Source: Raillietiella orientalis
Taxonomy: Eukaryota
DNA: 64,000 nucleotides
Direction of reading: 5' to 3'
Assembly: GCA_036172245.1 (NCBI GenBank)
Contig: JAYWIR010000011.1
Location: 2,976,001 to 3,040,000, forward strand
The notes under the pieces are model-generated. The model made no database searches. It had not been told where the DNA came from and saw only the letters and a list, made by a program, of their open reading frames with translations. A program made the translations under genes and the position numbers. Of the stretch, positions 1 to 14,600 are shown piece by piece (the stretch's first letter is position 1; each line of letters opens with the position of its first letter).

Positions 1-1698
1 AGCAGTCGATTCCTTACGATCTTGAAAGCGCGTGCACTTCACCTTGGAAAAGATGGTGATGGTTTCCCCTTGCCGGTCATTTCTGTTCTGCAAACGCATC
101 AGAAAAGTGCAAGCTACTTGTTTCTTAGAAATGCGTCAGTCCACTTCAACCTTGTAAGGACAGCAAGCTCAAAAATGTGGGAAAAGGCTACAGCGTATAA
201 CTCTACAGCTCTCATCATGCTGCGTTGTTAAAAAAAAAAAAAAAATAGATATTTTCTAAACATTACCATTGATGTAGATGTGCGCAGCGATGTTGCACAA
301 CGTCAAGTTCCATCTTTTGAAGGGATAGGGCAGTGTGGCCAGGCCTCGCTAGTTCTTTGGTCAGTGCACCGATGACCGCCAGACCTTGCTTCGCCGGCAG
401 CCAACTGCCTTTCCTGTTTCGTAGAGCTGAGTTCCGCCTGCCCGGCAAGAAATTGGGTAGCTTTGTATTTCCTTCTAAACTTGGCGTGGAGAATACGGTT
501 TAGTATTAATGATAGAAAAGACATTGCATCGTATCGGTTTCGTGAAGGATCGTCTGCACAGCAAAGCAGTGTCTGCCACAAGCTGCTGTCCTACCACCCT
601 GACGGGTGGTTCTTACGTTCATTTCTCCAGACTGCAAACACACCGACTCGACCATCTCGACCAGCCAAACATTTTCGGAAGACTGAACTTTCCAAAATGA
701 GGTAGTCCTTCCCCGAGGGCAAAGAAAGCTAACTGGAATTGAGCTGCACACTCGCAAACCCAACTAATCGAGGAAGTCATTCGAGGACTTTCTGAAGTTT
801 TGTCGGCAGTGTCTTCGCAACACCTCAGTGAAGTATAACCCACAGAGTAAGAATGAGAGCGTGCAACCGCAGAGGCGAACCCAACTGGACCACACTCGCT
901 GAGAGGCGAGCCACGATGCAGACCTCTTTCGACATTCCAGAGATTCGTTTCGTCTCAGAAGAGGGCACGTAGAAGGCGGCGCCATCACACCGTTTCCCTG
1001 TGGTTTTCCCATAGACGAGCGTCGGCCACGAGTGGCTTCGATTGCGCGTGAGCGATTATTTCGCAAAGACAACTGAGTAGATTCGGTTTTGTATGTGTCC
1101 GTCGCAGCATCCACGCCTCCGATTTTCAAGGCGGGTCCTCATTTCCTACCGATGTGGAATCGATTTTGGTTTTATTTGTAGGGCATCTTCTGTATTATTG
1201 GGGAATGGTTTGATGTCTTACGTGTAAGGATGTTTTTAGTTTTGGCGTGTTGTTATTGTACACTGCAGTGTACAGTGTGTGTATGTGTGTGTGTGGGGGG
1301 CAGAAGTCTCAGTCTGCAGGAAAGCGCAAGTCCACAGCGGTTTCCTGTTTACCAATAATTGTACGTGACAGAATTTCAATTCCAGGCTCCCCATACAAAG
1401 GGTCGGAAAAAAAAAAAAAATTGCGCCAGTGTTTCTTGTACAGCGTCGCATTGAAAGTTCAGTTTGTTTGCATTGAATCAGTTTCCCTTTAAGTGACTTT
1501 CACGATTGATTTCCCTTATATCATGGGATGTGACTTACTAGCGCCCTCCATCAGTAATTTGAGCACGTTCAACCGCTCGTGTGTGGCACACTGTGCCTGC
1601 AAATGGTGTTCCGACATGCTAATGGCGTGCCTGTCCCGATGACGACACACTTCACTTAAATCAAAGTTTCCGTTTTAAACTCTGTCGTTTATTCGTAG

Positions 1699-4600
1699 GA
1701 AACGGTTTGCTGCTCAACTGGAATCAGCTCTCACAGCAGCTGATAGCTGCCGGCGATGTCCATTGGATAAGACTTTGGGATCTGCAGAAAGAATTGAAAG
1801 TTGCTGATTTTCCGACTGGAGCAAACTGTTCCGTCACAGCATTAGCATCTCATGAAGATGGTAAACTCCATTTTTCTTTCTTTCTTTTTTCCTTCCCCCG
1901 TTTGATTTGATGGTTTGCCGGAAGAGTTTCGATTGGTGAGCTTGGACAGTCGTTTCGCCCTGCGGCCTCTCCAATGAGGAATGCAGTCGTGTGTTGGTAA
2001 ACTTTTCCCGGTTTTCGATGTAATGAAATTCGTGATCACGCCGAATTCCAACTCTGATAACTTTCCAAATGTTTGCCGCCTTGAGTAATCTTTTCAATCG
2101 TGAAAGTCAAGTGAACGTTGGAATCATCATTCATTTTGCTTGAGGAGAATCCTTACTACTTCCTTGCAAGCTTCCATTCATGACGGTCCTCAAACGAGAT
2201 GTCCTCAAACGTCTGTTTGTGGAGCATTGTGCCTTGCCATTATAAAGCAATTTCGGAAGCTGTGGCTGATCCGTCCCGTGAACTGGCGATTTTTTGATTC
2301 TGGTAGTGAAGTAGGGGGTTTCAGGGATTTTCTCGCTTCGTTTAGGACTTGGCTGTCTGTTTACCGCAGTTGAGCTTCAAGGAATACTTTGAAACAAGTA
2401 GGGTGGTTATTAAGAGGAATGTTATGATTTTTTTTTTGTTTGTTTTTGTTTTTCAAGTGCAGTTTTGAAAGTATGTCACGTAATTTCGAAACTTCCAGAG
2501 TCATCGATATTCACGATCGGATGTGCAGATGGTTCCGTCAGACTGTTCGATTCTCGTTTGTGCCCATCAAATGCTCGCGTGATGACATGGCGGGAGTTAC
2601 AGAGCTGGACCGTGGAAGTTTACTTGACACGCGAATCACCACGCAAGCTGTTGGCAGGAAGGTAACATTTTCAGATCGGTACTTGCATTTTCCATCCCCT
2701 AATTGGACGTGTTTCTGCCGGATGTACCACTTTACCGCTTTTAATAGGGACAATGAATGATAGATAGGCAAGCATACCAAATCGGTTTGTTCGGTAAGCT
2801 TATCGATATTCGTGTTGCTCCAGGTTTTCTTCAAACTGAAATCCGTTGGGTTTAACTCGTACCTTGCTTCATTTTCAACAACTTGACGCAGCCAGTCATT
2901 TCATGTTTCAAGACGTCACATCCGCAATTAACATCTGCTATGCTAGTTTCCATTTTCTTTTGGAGGAGGAACAGTTTCTAATTCTATCGGTAGAATGAAC
3001 TCCACGATTAGTCTGTTGTTTCTCGAAAGCACCCGCTCGCAATTTGATTTTTCTTTTACTTATGAAAAGTGTTATTTATTTACTGAACGGAGGGTGCTTG
3101 ACAGAGTCGATGTACTTTGCCCTATTGCGGATGAGACGCTTGGACCAACTCTGGATGTCCCGTCATTCGTCTTCAAATCATTCTACCGATTCGTTGCTGC
3201 TTATTTCTGTGCAATGTAGGACTGCCATCATTTTCATCTTATCTTTTTAATGGTTGCCTTTTTGAACTGAAGAGCTGTGTCGAAGATATGCTCAATCTTG
3301 TATTTCTTAGCTGATTCTTTTTCTGTTCAGGGATCACTAAAGTGTTTCCCACATTTAGAAGACAGCTGAAAGCTCTTCCGGGATGGATTCGATTTATTCA
3401 TAATCCAGTGTTTGGGATCTTTCCTATACAGAGCCGAACCTTTCTCACAAACATTTTCACACAGAACTTCTTCGAGTACTTAATGCCATTTTTTTTTTTT
3501 TCTTCTTTTCCTTTTTTCTACCGGAATGACGTTTGGGCCCCTTTTCTCAATTTGAACTCACCAAGTTGAAATGGAGTGATGTAGTTTCGAAGTTCTCATG
3601 GATCTAGTCTCATAACTTGCAGTCTCGTTTCCATGCAGAGAAGAGAAAGGACAACCCGTTGAACGAGGTGGTCACCCAAACTGAACCCGTGCTTCCAAGT
3701 ACACGGGAACATTCCACGTTAACGCTTCTAACAAACAAGAAATTTGCAGATTTGTGCATTTAGCTCTGTGCGTATATACGTATCGGATTTCCGTGGATGC
3801 CTGTATTTATCGGCAATTAGTTTTTGACATTTCAAAGCTTCAGTTTTTTGGAAAGTTGTCTGAAACAGAGTATAGGATGTCAGTCAACGGTGGTCATCTC
3901 TTGTAGCGTAAAGCGCTGCATGTCTGTTGCAGAAGTGTGCAGCAAGTCTCTCAAGCTTAGGAGCAACGGATGACAATTTCTGATAGTTTCAATTCATAAT
4001 AGCAGATTATTATTATTATAAAAGTTCATACGTGCAAGTGCATACTTTTGCGAATTCTAATATGACCCACACCAACAAACATGGATCTCTTAATTGTTCT
4101 CATCTCTTCATGCTTTATACTGCTGCTACCCTTGGTAGAGTTTTACGCCCACCAACCGGACTACGTGCCAGTCCCACGTTCTCTAATACGTTCGCAACCT
4201 TAGATCCGACCTCAATAAACCAGTTGCCTAGCATAAGACGAAATCACTGGATTGATACTCCCAGCCATTTTGATCTCAGGCTCATGTAAAAGTTTGCCCT
4301 TTGTGCCACCAGCTTAGCAAAAGAAGCGAAATACCGGACCACTCGGTCCTCAGGAGACTGGAAGGATTTGCCATGGCAAACCTTACGACGATGAGGGAAG
4401 CAGCCGTCACCAGGTCGAACTTGATTAGAGGGGATCCTTTAGGCGAAACATTTTTGTATTTCATCTTCATGAGCATGAGCTTTTAAAACACCAGTGATCG
4501 TTAGTTTTGCTGGAAATACTAGTTGGATTCTTCATCTGTGGTTCAGAGCTCCCAGTAAATTGTTCTTCAAATGCTGGTTATATTGCCCTGGCAATTCTTT

Positions 4601-5769
4601 CAACTGCACACGGCTTTCCGACAGTTTCTTAAAAGTAAAAGTTTTAAATTATATGCAGGTAAATTTTTCATTTTTTTCTCTTTTCTTTTTTTTACTGTTT
4701 TCTTGTGCATCGTCCGTGCGAATCGCATTTTTTGTAACTATGTTATGTTTTCAGTTGAAAGTAGAGTGGTGGTATACCTAGTTGCTTCCTTTGGCTCAAG
4801 CATTTTTTGTAACAGAACTTCTCCATGGAGCATTTTAAATTATACACCGTGTTCGAAACCACTACCCCTGACTTACCGACTCCTTAACCACTTCGTGTTC
4901 AAAGACCGCAAACTCGAAATTTCATTTCGCCTTCCCGTCAAAAACCACGACATGCCTTGTCTGCCTTGTCCACACACATGACCCGAGCCGGCGGCGACCG
5001 TTTGCGTGGCCTTGTGGAACATCACGTTAGCACAAGAAAGCCACACTAGAATCTGTACACGTGTTGCTCAGCATGGATGGTGAGGCCGTCCCTCTTCCAA
5101 AAGTCCGCGTAATATGCTGCAGTGTTTGAGAGAAAGGCGGTTGCTGCCGGATTGCGATAGAAGAAGAATTCCAACTTGAAGTAACATAACGAATCCTTCT
5201 TTGGTTTCAGTATCAATGGCCACGTTATTGTTTGGGAATTGAGAAAGCAAAAGTCCTTGTTTGCTTGGGAAACTTCTTCTGCCATGACAGCCATGGCATC
5301 GCATCCTCATGCGGATATAGTGGCCTGGTAATAGTTTTTCATATTCAATGTTCTGCCAGTTGGCATCTTTTCTTTCGAGTAACAAATGGGCAAAGCATGA
5401 GGCCTTTTCACGAATGAGTATCTGAAGGGGATCAGACAGTGACCTTCTATAAAATAGATAATGAATCCCCTTCTATAAAATGAGTTCGATTCGAAGATTC
5501 CATGCGATATGCGAGAAATACGCGTGAATTTTCCATAAGGGCCAAAAATAAATCGGTCTTTTTTTTCTTTCAGTGGTTCTGTGAATCAGTTTATAATAAC
5601 GTACGATATAACCGGCAAGGAGTTGAGCCTGATAAAATATTATGATGGATTCATGGGCCAGAGGATTGGACCAGTTGGTTGCATGGCATTTCATCCATTT
5701 AGAATATTGCTTGCAGCTGGAAGCACAGATTCCTACATCAGTGTGTACTCTCTAAGCACAAAAAAATAA
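1699..5769 (+). CDS. RPTOR: Regulatory-associated protein of mTOR (raptor), last four exons (C-terminal WD40 domain); 5' part lies outside the window
   Basis: Exons 1699-1860, 2499-2661, 5211-5327 and 5574-5769 join in frame through GT-AG introns: GNGLLLNWNQ...GDVHWIRLWD...DFPTGA / GCADGSVRLFDSR / SINGHVIVWELR...HPHADIVAC / GSVNQF...IKYYDGFMGQRIGPVGCMAFHP...GSTDSYISVYS. This matches the raptor C-terminus. Confidence 0.95.
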
Positions 5770-8700
5770 AAATAGTTTTCCAAATCATTTTAAAGGTGAA
5801 AATTTCAGCCTCTTATCTTTAGTGCTGCATCAAATCGAAGTGTCTCCGATTTTGGAATTTTTTTTTTCAACAACGGACTGTTTTACTCTTCACTTTTATG
5901 CAGTTTTGAGGGAGTTGGGTATTTTCATACAACAACATATGCATTTCTCATTTCTAAATTACAAAATTGGAAAGCATTATTACTGGAACTCTAAAATATA
6001 TAGATTCGAGGATAATGCGTTACCCTTAAGAATTAACAAAAATTTACGTGCCAGAGAGGGACTAAAGAAGTCACTTTCTTTTCACAAGTGAGTAAAAAGT
6101 TTGCACATGCTGTTATTCAGTAGTTTTCTTTTAAAAAAAATTCTTAATTCATGTTTTGTAAAACTGCATACCCAAAATGTACCTCACCAATATATTTCTG
6201 TAAAGTAATTACTATTTGTATGAATTGTTTTGACATTATGCAAAACTTTTTTTAAATGATTTTCTCCAGTTTCGTTTCCTGGTATGTAAATCAGAACATT
6301 CCAGTTATTTCAACCTATGCAGTCAGGTACAGAAAATTGAATTTTACGAAATCAGCAAATGAACTGCACCTTGAACAGCAGCCTCTTGCATACACGTTTA
6401 GTGGCATTTACCAGCATCATAGATTACACTTATTCAGAACTCCAGTATTTAGCTCGGCAGTATTTTATGCTTATTGCATAAGGCCATAATGTTGCTGCCA
6501 ACTTTATTCCAATTATGTAACTAAACAAGGTTTACACCTTATTTTTGTTCAACTTATGTCATTTTTCTTTAGGAGGCCACTCATGGCCTCATTGCATAGT
6601 TTTAGTTATTCCTACTGTATTGGTCTCCTCTGTTGGAAAATGAATTTACATATACGAAAAATCGTTTGGCTGATTAAGTGAATACTTGGAGTTCAATCAA
6701 AATGTTTAAATCACCACATATCTTGCACTACAGAATACTAATAATACTTAATGCAATAATTTTACATTTTGGTTACTCTTTGATGTGAATGCAGGCTGTG
6801 TTTTTTAACCAAATTTTTCTCTTGCATTGCTTCTGTGATGGCAACTTTCTACTTCTAAACCAAATTGAAACGGTGTTATAACATTACTTTGAACACTGAA
6901 CATTTTTTTGTCAGTGAATGTTTCCTGACAGCATTATAATTGAAATTAATAACAAACACGTAACAATTTCCATTTTGTGAGTAGTTTCAGTAGATTTAAT
7001 CTGCTCTGTAAATAATTTCAAAAGTGCACTTTTTTCTCTTCCTTTGATTTTTACAGGAGAGCATGCTAACACTTTTGTTAACTTTTGACTACGCTGGCAA
7101 GTAATAACTATAAATTACTGGTGCTTATTTTTCCAAAGATATGAGTAATTTTCCGAGTCAAAGGAATCACTATCATAATCTTCCACTGGTTTAACAACTT
7201 TGGGTTTATTACGATCTATTCTCTTTTGCTTTTCTCCTTGTGTTAACGCAGACATGTCGAAGGGTTCCTGCAAAAAATCATTGAGAGCACCATATCTTGA
7301 AACATCTTAGACTTCCGAATCTTAAACGTTGAAATATTACACAAATGCGGGGTATTTGACCGGTCAAATCGCTCGATAAGATTTACATTTATGTCAATGT
7401 AATTAAGCTACGGTCAGATACATACATCATGAAAGATTACATCACCTATCACAACATGCTACACGGCTACGGGAACGAATGAATACAAATTCTTTGTCTT
7501 ACCATTAGCATAATTCTCGGTTCTTTATAACGTATCCTAATGCTTGCACCATTGTTCAAGACAAAATTCACCAGGTAATTTAAAGCAAAATTTTTTCTAT
7601 TCACTCTACCGAATGATGCTCGTAAGCTGTTAATGTTACGGATACTGTGTGCATATATTATACGTGGGGAAAGCATCAGTCACTAAAGTTTCCACATCTA
7701 CAAGCACAGACCACTCATGCACACTTTTCCAACTTCCAAGTGAACATGTGAAGCCGTAACAGGCTTGTCAAATGTGCAAAGGATTTACAGAACGCATCGA
7801 AAATAATAATTACATTTGCTACAAGTACCTAAAGATGTTGCAATGCATTATGGTTTCAAAAGCATGCTTTCGTTTTCCATGCTTTCATTGACTTTTTTTA
7901 CAGTGAAACGTAACCATTGTTTCATAAATATAACAGGGCTTCATAGATATTATTGCACATCCATTTCTAGGGTGCGTGTTTGGATGCATACCTCTCGAAG
8001 GGCAATGCATTGACTGCGTAGTCTAAGAATTTCAGGACTAAATAGTAAGCAATCAAAGGTTCAGCCAATTATTATTGGATGCGAATTAAGAATGAATGGT
8101 AAATGTGGTAATAGATTTCTTGAAGACTTTGTAATCGTGTTTCCGTTGTATGCATTATTCCATTCCCATATGAGCAAAACTAAATTTCTGTTGTTATAAT
8201 ATTTATAACTTTCCAACAAAATATCAAAAGGGGTAGTCAAATGAAGCAGATTAATTTTTTTCCATCCCAATCTACTTCTATTTATCACTAGTGAGTACAT
8301 GTGGTTTCTGGAATGTCAAGTGCATGTGTATGGAGTTCCTCGAATCAATAACCTGTACTACAAATCCTAAAAGCTTTATAAAATATATATAACCTTATGT
8401 ACGAAATGTGGACTTCTTAAAAGTGCTGCCAACCAGGATTAAGCCACCGAACGTGACAAAAATGAGAGAGGACACATTGTAAAGTATCACTAGAGACTAG
8501 CATCAATTGGGAAGCCTTGAAATCAATATCATTGTTTGCGATTATAGAACCTACATATCTGTGGTTCATGGGAAACGCTCCTACATCTTGGGGAAAATTG
8601 GAAGCAAGGCATTTCAATTGAAGTGCTGCCAGTATCACAAACAGTAAACATGGAAAATTGAAAAGCACTAGGGTAGTACTGCGAATTTTTGCCGAGGAAT

Positions 8701-8899
8701 ACACAAATCATATAGTGCCCAACAGCCCTCCTTAGCTTACATCTTCCGTGAACACTTGGGGACCTGTGGTTACTGATCAGAGGAACTGGATTCTTGACTG
8801 ACAATTCTAAAGAAGAATTTAGCAAGAAAGCAATAATAAACAAGAGTTTGTTTTGATACAGCAGCCACACACGTAATCCGACGAAATGAACACGTGGGT

Positions 8900-11400
8900 A
8901 TGAAAATAGGTGTTATCGAAAAGTCCGTTTCATGTGTTTTCCGACTTCGCACACATTCGCTGATTTCGAACAGCAGTGCGTACTCTGCACACGAAGAGGG
9001 ATATTTTTTCCGAGCTTAGGAAAGGACAAAAGGACGTGTGAGCTTCTCCAGATCAATTTCGGCGGCATCAAAACACACGAAGGAAAAAAAAAAAACGTCA
9101 CGAAAGCTTCCAAATTTTCACGCCGTGGATGTCCACAAACGGAAGCTGAAGTGATGGCACTTCATCTCGACATGCTCTCAGCAAACGAGACTTTGAATCA
9201 GACGAGGCGAAGAGAATGCAAGGATGCTGGATGAGATAAAGGAGCGCAATCTGCAGCCTTGAAGGAAGATTCCTCCAAGACTTCCTCCAAAATCGACGTC
9301 GGAATGCCTATGCCAAGCAAAATGATTCCTAATTAAGCATTGCAGCTTTTTTTCTCGTTGAAACGAATTCTGCAATACAGTCTCCATCAGGGATCGATTT
9401 CGGAGTCCGCCTTAGCGTCCCTGTGACTGTTCAGATGCCACGACGTCCATTTTGACCTCCAAAGTCATCTTCGTGCTAGAACCAGCCGTCCTTCCAAAGT
9501 ATAGAAAAAAACCCTTGGTCCAAGCGATGCTAAGCAGCCAAGGACCTGCCGATGAGGCTCAAAGGCCAACCACAAACCTCTGCTGATGTAGTGCCATACA
9601 GCCACACTCCAAACAAGCAGTCAGCCGTCAGTAAAATACAAAATAACTGCAGATTGTGGTGGAATATCTTGGAGCTCCACGGTCAACCCCTGCAGCTCCG
9701 TCATCCCTGTATAAAGTACCCTGCCTACTGTAGTTCGGTAGACATGGCGAATGGGAGAATGATGCCTTTTATTCGACATAAAGAATTCCAGCCATTTCAA
9801 TAGACAGTCGTTCTTGGAGCTCGGGGGGCGTAGGTGTTAAGCATCTGAAGTGACGTCATTAGACTATTTGGACACTTGGGCGATGAGATTTACAGTGATT
9901 CCATCGAGATCTGCACTGATTCCTACATTTGTTGTGAACGTTACTTTCCTTACTTACTCGGGCGTGGTACTGTTGCTGATCAGTAGAAGCCAAGAGACCA
10001 GAGAGGATGCCGCGTTTCTTCCTTGTTCTTTTTTTCGTGATTCTCTGCAATAGTGAGTACAATTTGCATTTTGGGAAGCAGTGAAGGTAGAAAGATAGAA
10101 AATATCCTTCCTCGAAGTGAAAAGCTAAAGAAAAGTTTGCATCTTCGTGATGCTGTAGATTGATTGCTTTCTTCCACTTCTCCTGGTTGCCCGAATGTGC
10201 CTTTTCGAACCTGGTTTGCAGCACGAGGTGTTGGTTTCACTTCCTTCCTACTGGGTTACCTTCCCAAAATCAGTGGCTAATGTATTGTCTTGCTTTCGAA
10301 GTGCTGCAAGATGGCAAGCGGCAGGTAATGGGAGCCCCAGCAAAAGACGAGGAATTGATGAATATGAAAGAATGCGGGTAGGATCGCAAGTTAAGATACT
10401 TCGAGAATGGATGATCTGTTATTAGGCCGGATGCTACATTAGAAGAAAGAAAGAGTTGCTTCATTGACATCGGTCCATCTGCAGCTCCTACTCTGGGGAG
10501 ACTGCCGATTTCCTTGCAGATGCTGCTGCACATGGGTGTGCTGATTTCAGTGTACTTATTTTTGTAAAAAGTTCGGATGGAATTTGCAAATTCGCTCGAA
10601 AATGAATTTTCTGGAGCACTGTGGTGTAACAATTGCATTAAATTACATTCTATGGAATTCTGATCTTTTCTGTTGTGAGAATGAATGCGTGTGAAGGGTG
10701 AGAGTATACGATGTGCAGTGTTTTGCCCTTTCCATGTACCCATAGGAGCATTTCTAGAAGCATCGCTTTTGGCTTTGCATTTTCATGATCTTATTTCATC
10801 TGGGATGAAACATGAAATGAATGAAGAGTGCTCCTTTGCTTTTCTAACAGACAAAGCAAAGGGATTGCAAATCACCAAGTTGCTGATGCTTCTGTTCGTA
10901 CTCAGGAGAATGCTGTAGGTTTCCTTGCTCCTGCATCCATAAAATCACAATTTTTTCATACTGGGAGTTGCGGGTTGGGATTCGAAAGCTTGGGTGCAAT
11001 AGAAAGAACCCCGAATGAGATGCTATAAGAGTCGTCGCCTTTTCATGCCCCTTGCTCTTGGGTTGACATCTGAATCGGATGACCTCTGCAAATGAAAGTC
11101 GAGACTGTAAGATTCGCAAAATGGCTGTATGAGCTGGTATTCCTTTTTCTCATGTTCTGCGCCAACCACGGCTGGAACTGTTCTTTATTCCCATCGAGCC
11201 ACCCATTCATATGGAATGGAAATGTGAAACGCAGTTTCAGAACTACGGGGTTTCCATTCTTCTTTTTGTCATTAGAGGATAGGTGGGGTGCAGTTGCTTG
11301 GAGAAGAGGTCATGGTTACATTGAAGGCATGGTGAACTCCTGGGACCGCCAAGAATACAGTGCAACAAGATGCAGCTTCATTTTTCGTGCTTTTGTGCCG
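8900..11400 (-). mobile_element. Heavily decayed Ty3/Gypsy pol remnant (RT/RNase H to integrase linker)
   Basis: ORF 10270-10743(-) has FANSIRTFYKNKYTEISTPM, LITDHPFSKYLNL and FIFINSSSFAGAP, resembling Gypsy FANYYRRFIKNFSEIAAPL, LLTSAPVLKYFD and IxTDASxxAIGAVL. Many stops and frameshifts; boundaries approximate. Confidence 0.45.
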
Positions 11401-13419
11401 CTTCGATTAAAAGTAAATAAAAGTGCGAAACAAAAACACACGTGATTTTGCCTTCCGTTTACATTTTTTATTTATGCCGACAAAGGGGATTTGAAGAGAG
11501 CTTTGTATCTATTTGTTCCGTGTTGACTTTTTCCCGAAGTCTCTGTGATGGGAAACGTAAGAGTGGTGTCTCCGTTAGTCTGGGTTGACTCTCCGTTCCC
11601 ATGCTGAAAGCCAAAAAGTAACTTCAGTCTTATTCTGCTTCTTGAAGTTGAAAATCGAAACTTTCTCGGAATTTTCCTTCACACCCGTCCTGTAGTCGGT
11701 CTTGAAAACTGACTTCAAAACAGGCAGAAATTATTTGAAATAAACTGATGGAATTCATTTATTCTGTGCACGTCCATTGCCACGAATGTTCTTGATGGCT
11801 GACAGTTCATTCCTGAGCGGACTATTTAGCTCCATCTTATAAAAGTGTAGCTTCTCCTTATCTCCATAATAGGTATTCAATACCTATGTTTGCTTCGCAA
11901 CATGGTACCTACGAACCCCTGGTCACAGAATGCGTGCAGCTTCCACTGCACTGCTTGCGAGGGAGTTTATGAACACAGGTGGAAAACTTTTTCATGTTCA
12001 CTAGATTCAATGAGGGAATGTATGGATACTTGTTTGCTTGTTGCACTCAGATACCAAGTGTACAAAACAAAAGATTGCTTCAAATCCAGAAAAAGACGTC
12101 GCTTGTTCCCTTAGAAAGGTCAGATCATCGCTGAACTGTTTGCTCTTCAGAGCATTAGTCTGAAAGATCCACGAATTTTCATTCCCCATCGTCCGCCATG
12201 TTTCTTTCCTATGGAATAAATAAAGTATGCCACTGACTCAGAGTCTTTGCGTTTCTGTTGATGGGATGGCTCTGAAACATTGGTAAACATCTCTTTAACA
12301 CGCAGCATGTGATGCTTGAAACGAGTATCACGCTGACTTTCCGTATGCACCACGAGATATCGTTGGTCATGACAGCTGGGCCTCTATACTCTGAAACAAC
12401 TTTTTCACCAGTAACTGACGTTGCAGTTTTAGATTCTCGAGGAAGATGGAAAAGTTTTTTTATTGTTATTATATATCCAGAAAGGAAAAGCCACTGTGAG
12501 CTTTTCAGGCGACTGGTTATTGCACTGCAAAGTATCTTGCCCGTAAGGATCTATCCAATCATCGAAGTATGCCTTAGAACTTGGCTACATTTCCATCACC
12601 GACTCACAGTCGTCTTGTGTTATGCTGTCAACCCATCGTCGTTTGGTAGAAACCGTCTAGAATGGAAACGATCCCCTAATGAAGCGATAGTTACAGAAGG
12701 ATGCAACCGCACAAGGAGACAGAAGGAACGCCCGAAAGTTACTTGCCGCATGCCTTGTCGATCTCTAAGCTTCTCTCAAGTAATCCTTGACTGCTTTTTT
12801 AATTGGTCTTTAGTCTCATCGATCCCTTTTTCTCCGTTGCCCCTTGAACTACACTGCAACTACTTTCCAAAAATACCCACGTATTTCGGAAAGTAGCTAT
12901 ATTTCTATGAACTATGCCCTATCGGAAACATCAGTGACCCTCAGCATGTCTACTTTCTCTATCATTGCAATGGTATTCCAGATGAGTCCATCATACAGAA
13001 CCTGACATCCTGCTAGCCACGTCTGCTGTTCAGAGAAGGGCATGGGGATACAGAGAAAGAGAGAAGCATTCCAGGTTCTCCAGAAAAACGAAACAAAGTG
13101 GTTTGGTTATTTACTGAAGGTGATATGACATGGGGAAAAAACAGGTCTTGCTACTGCTCTATAAATTCCTGTAATAACAGCATCGCTGATTTTTTAATTA
13201 CTTAGCAACACTACATGACGTCAAACATCAAATGTGGTTACGGGAGCTCAAAAAAAGTGCTACTTGCTGCACGAAAATCCCAATATTACAAATTACGAAA
13301 GATTGATAGAATAGAAAAGTTCTAGAAAATACTATTCAAACAGTAGCATCTTGGTCAGTCTAAAAACATTGTCTCCGTTTTTTTAAAGTAGATATTCCTT
13401 GCTTGTTCATTTTTATTCC

Positions 13420-14600
13420 CATTTCTCCGGGGACTTAGGATCGACTGGGGACCGTGCTCAAAGGCTGTTCTCATGGAACCCTTCTCCACATCAGACCACC
13501 AGGATCTCACTGGAGTATTTGCTACTACCACCAAGATCTGCGCCGACGGCGGCTCCAAGCGAGCTCGCGCCCAAACCCTTCTGCGCGCACCGTCGCGACT
13601 CTCCTACTCTCCGGAACCTGCCGTCCTCCGGAACGCGTCCGGAAGACAGGAACGGCTCTGTCCCGGCATTTGGCTATAGGCTCGACGCTTGAGTGCCATC
13701 TATTCTCAGGGATAGTTGCTTCGGCAGGTGAGTCGTTACACACTCCTTAGCGGATTCCGACATCCATGGCCACCGTCCTGCTGTCCACAGCAACCAACAC
13801 CTTTCATGGGATCTGATGAGCGTCTCACCGGTAGCTCCGTAACAAAAAGGTTGAGTTTATCCCACAGCGCCAGTTCTGCTTACCAAAATTGGGCCACTGG
13901 GCGCTCATGAATCCGACAGTCCGAGCTTCAGCTTTCAAGCATGCCGGGCTTCTTACCCATTTAAAGTTTGAGAATAGGTTGAGATCGTTTCGGCCCCAAG
14001 ACCTCTAATCATTCGCTTGACCGGATGAGACTCCGTTCTTTTTCCGCTCCAGGTATCCTGAGGGAAACTTCGGAAGGAACGAGCTACTAGATGGTTCGAC
14101 TCGTCCTTCGCCCCTATACCCAGCTCTTACGACCAATTTGCACGTTAGGATCGCTGCGGACCTCCACCAGAGTTTCCTCTGGCTTCGTCCTGGCCAGGCA
14201 TAGTTCACCTTCGTTTGGGTCCCAGCGTGCGCGCTCCAGGTACTCTCCGACGGCGATCGCGCGTTACGGAACGTCCCGGGAGTGCTCCGCGCTACGGCCG
14301 CCGAGCCAGCGGTGGGCGACGAGCGCGCTCGCAGGCGGATCTTCCCGGCTTGGCGCGCGATCGGACACCCGCGATAGCACCACACGCGACCGCCGACGCG
14401 CCGGGACTCCCCGACCGCCGACGGCGCGCGAGGGCGACACGGACGGGGCGCAGAGACCGACGCGCCCTGCGCGACGGGAGGGGGGAACCCGCGGGGCCGT
14501 CGTCGACGCCGCTCCCTTTCATTGCGCCTTCGGGTTTCGCCAACTTCCCAGACGACTCGCGCGCCTGCTGGACTCCTTGGTCCATGTTCTAGAACTGGGT
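13420..14600 (-). pseudogene. 28S (LSU) rRNA gene fragment, from the D2/D3 junction to D7a; decayed copy outside an rDNA array
   Basis: Reverse complement of conserved LSU blocks (GACTCCTTGGTCC, GTATCCTGAGGGAAACTTCGG, ACCCATTTAAAGTTTGAGAATAGGTTGAG, TTTGCTACTACCACCAAGATCTG, CTTAGGATCGAC). Substitutions occur in normally invariant positions (e.g. GGTCCATGTTCTAGAACTGGG vs GGTCCGTGTTTCAAGACGGG). No 18S, 5.8S or ITS flanks. Confidence 0.93.

Noticed and set aside
240..1130. Short minus-strand ORFs in the raptor intron (VSFLCPRGRTTSFWKV...W resembles a motif in some DNA-transposon proteins)
   Set aside because: A single weak motif with no supporting domain or termini; not enough to call.
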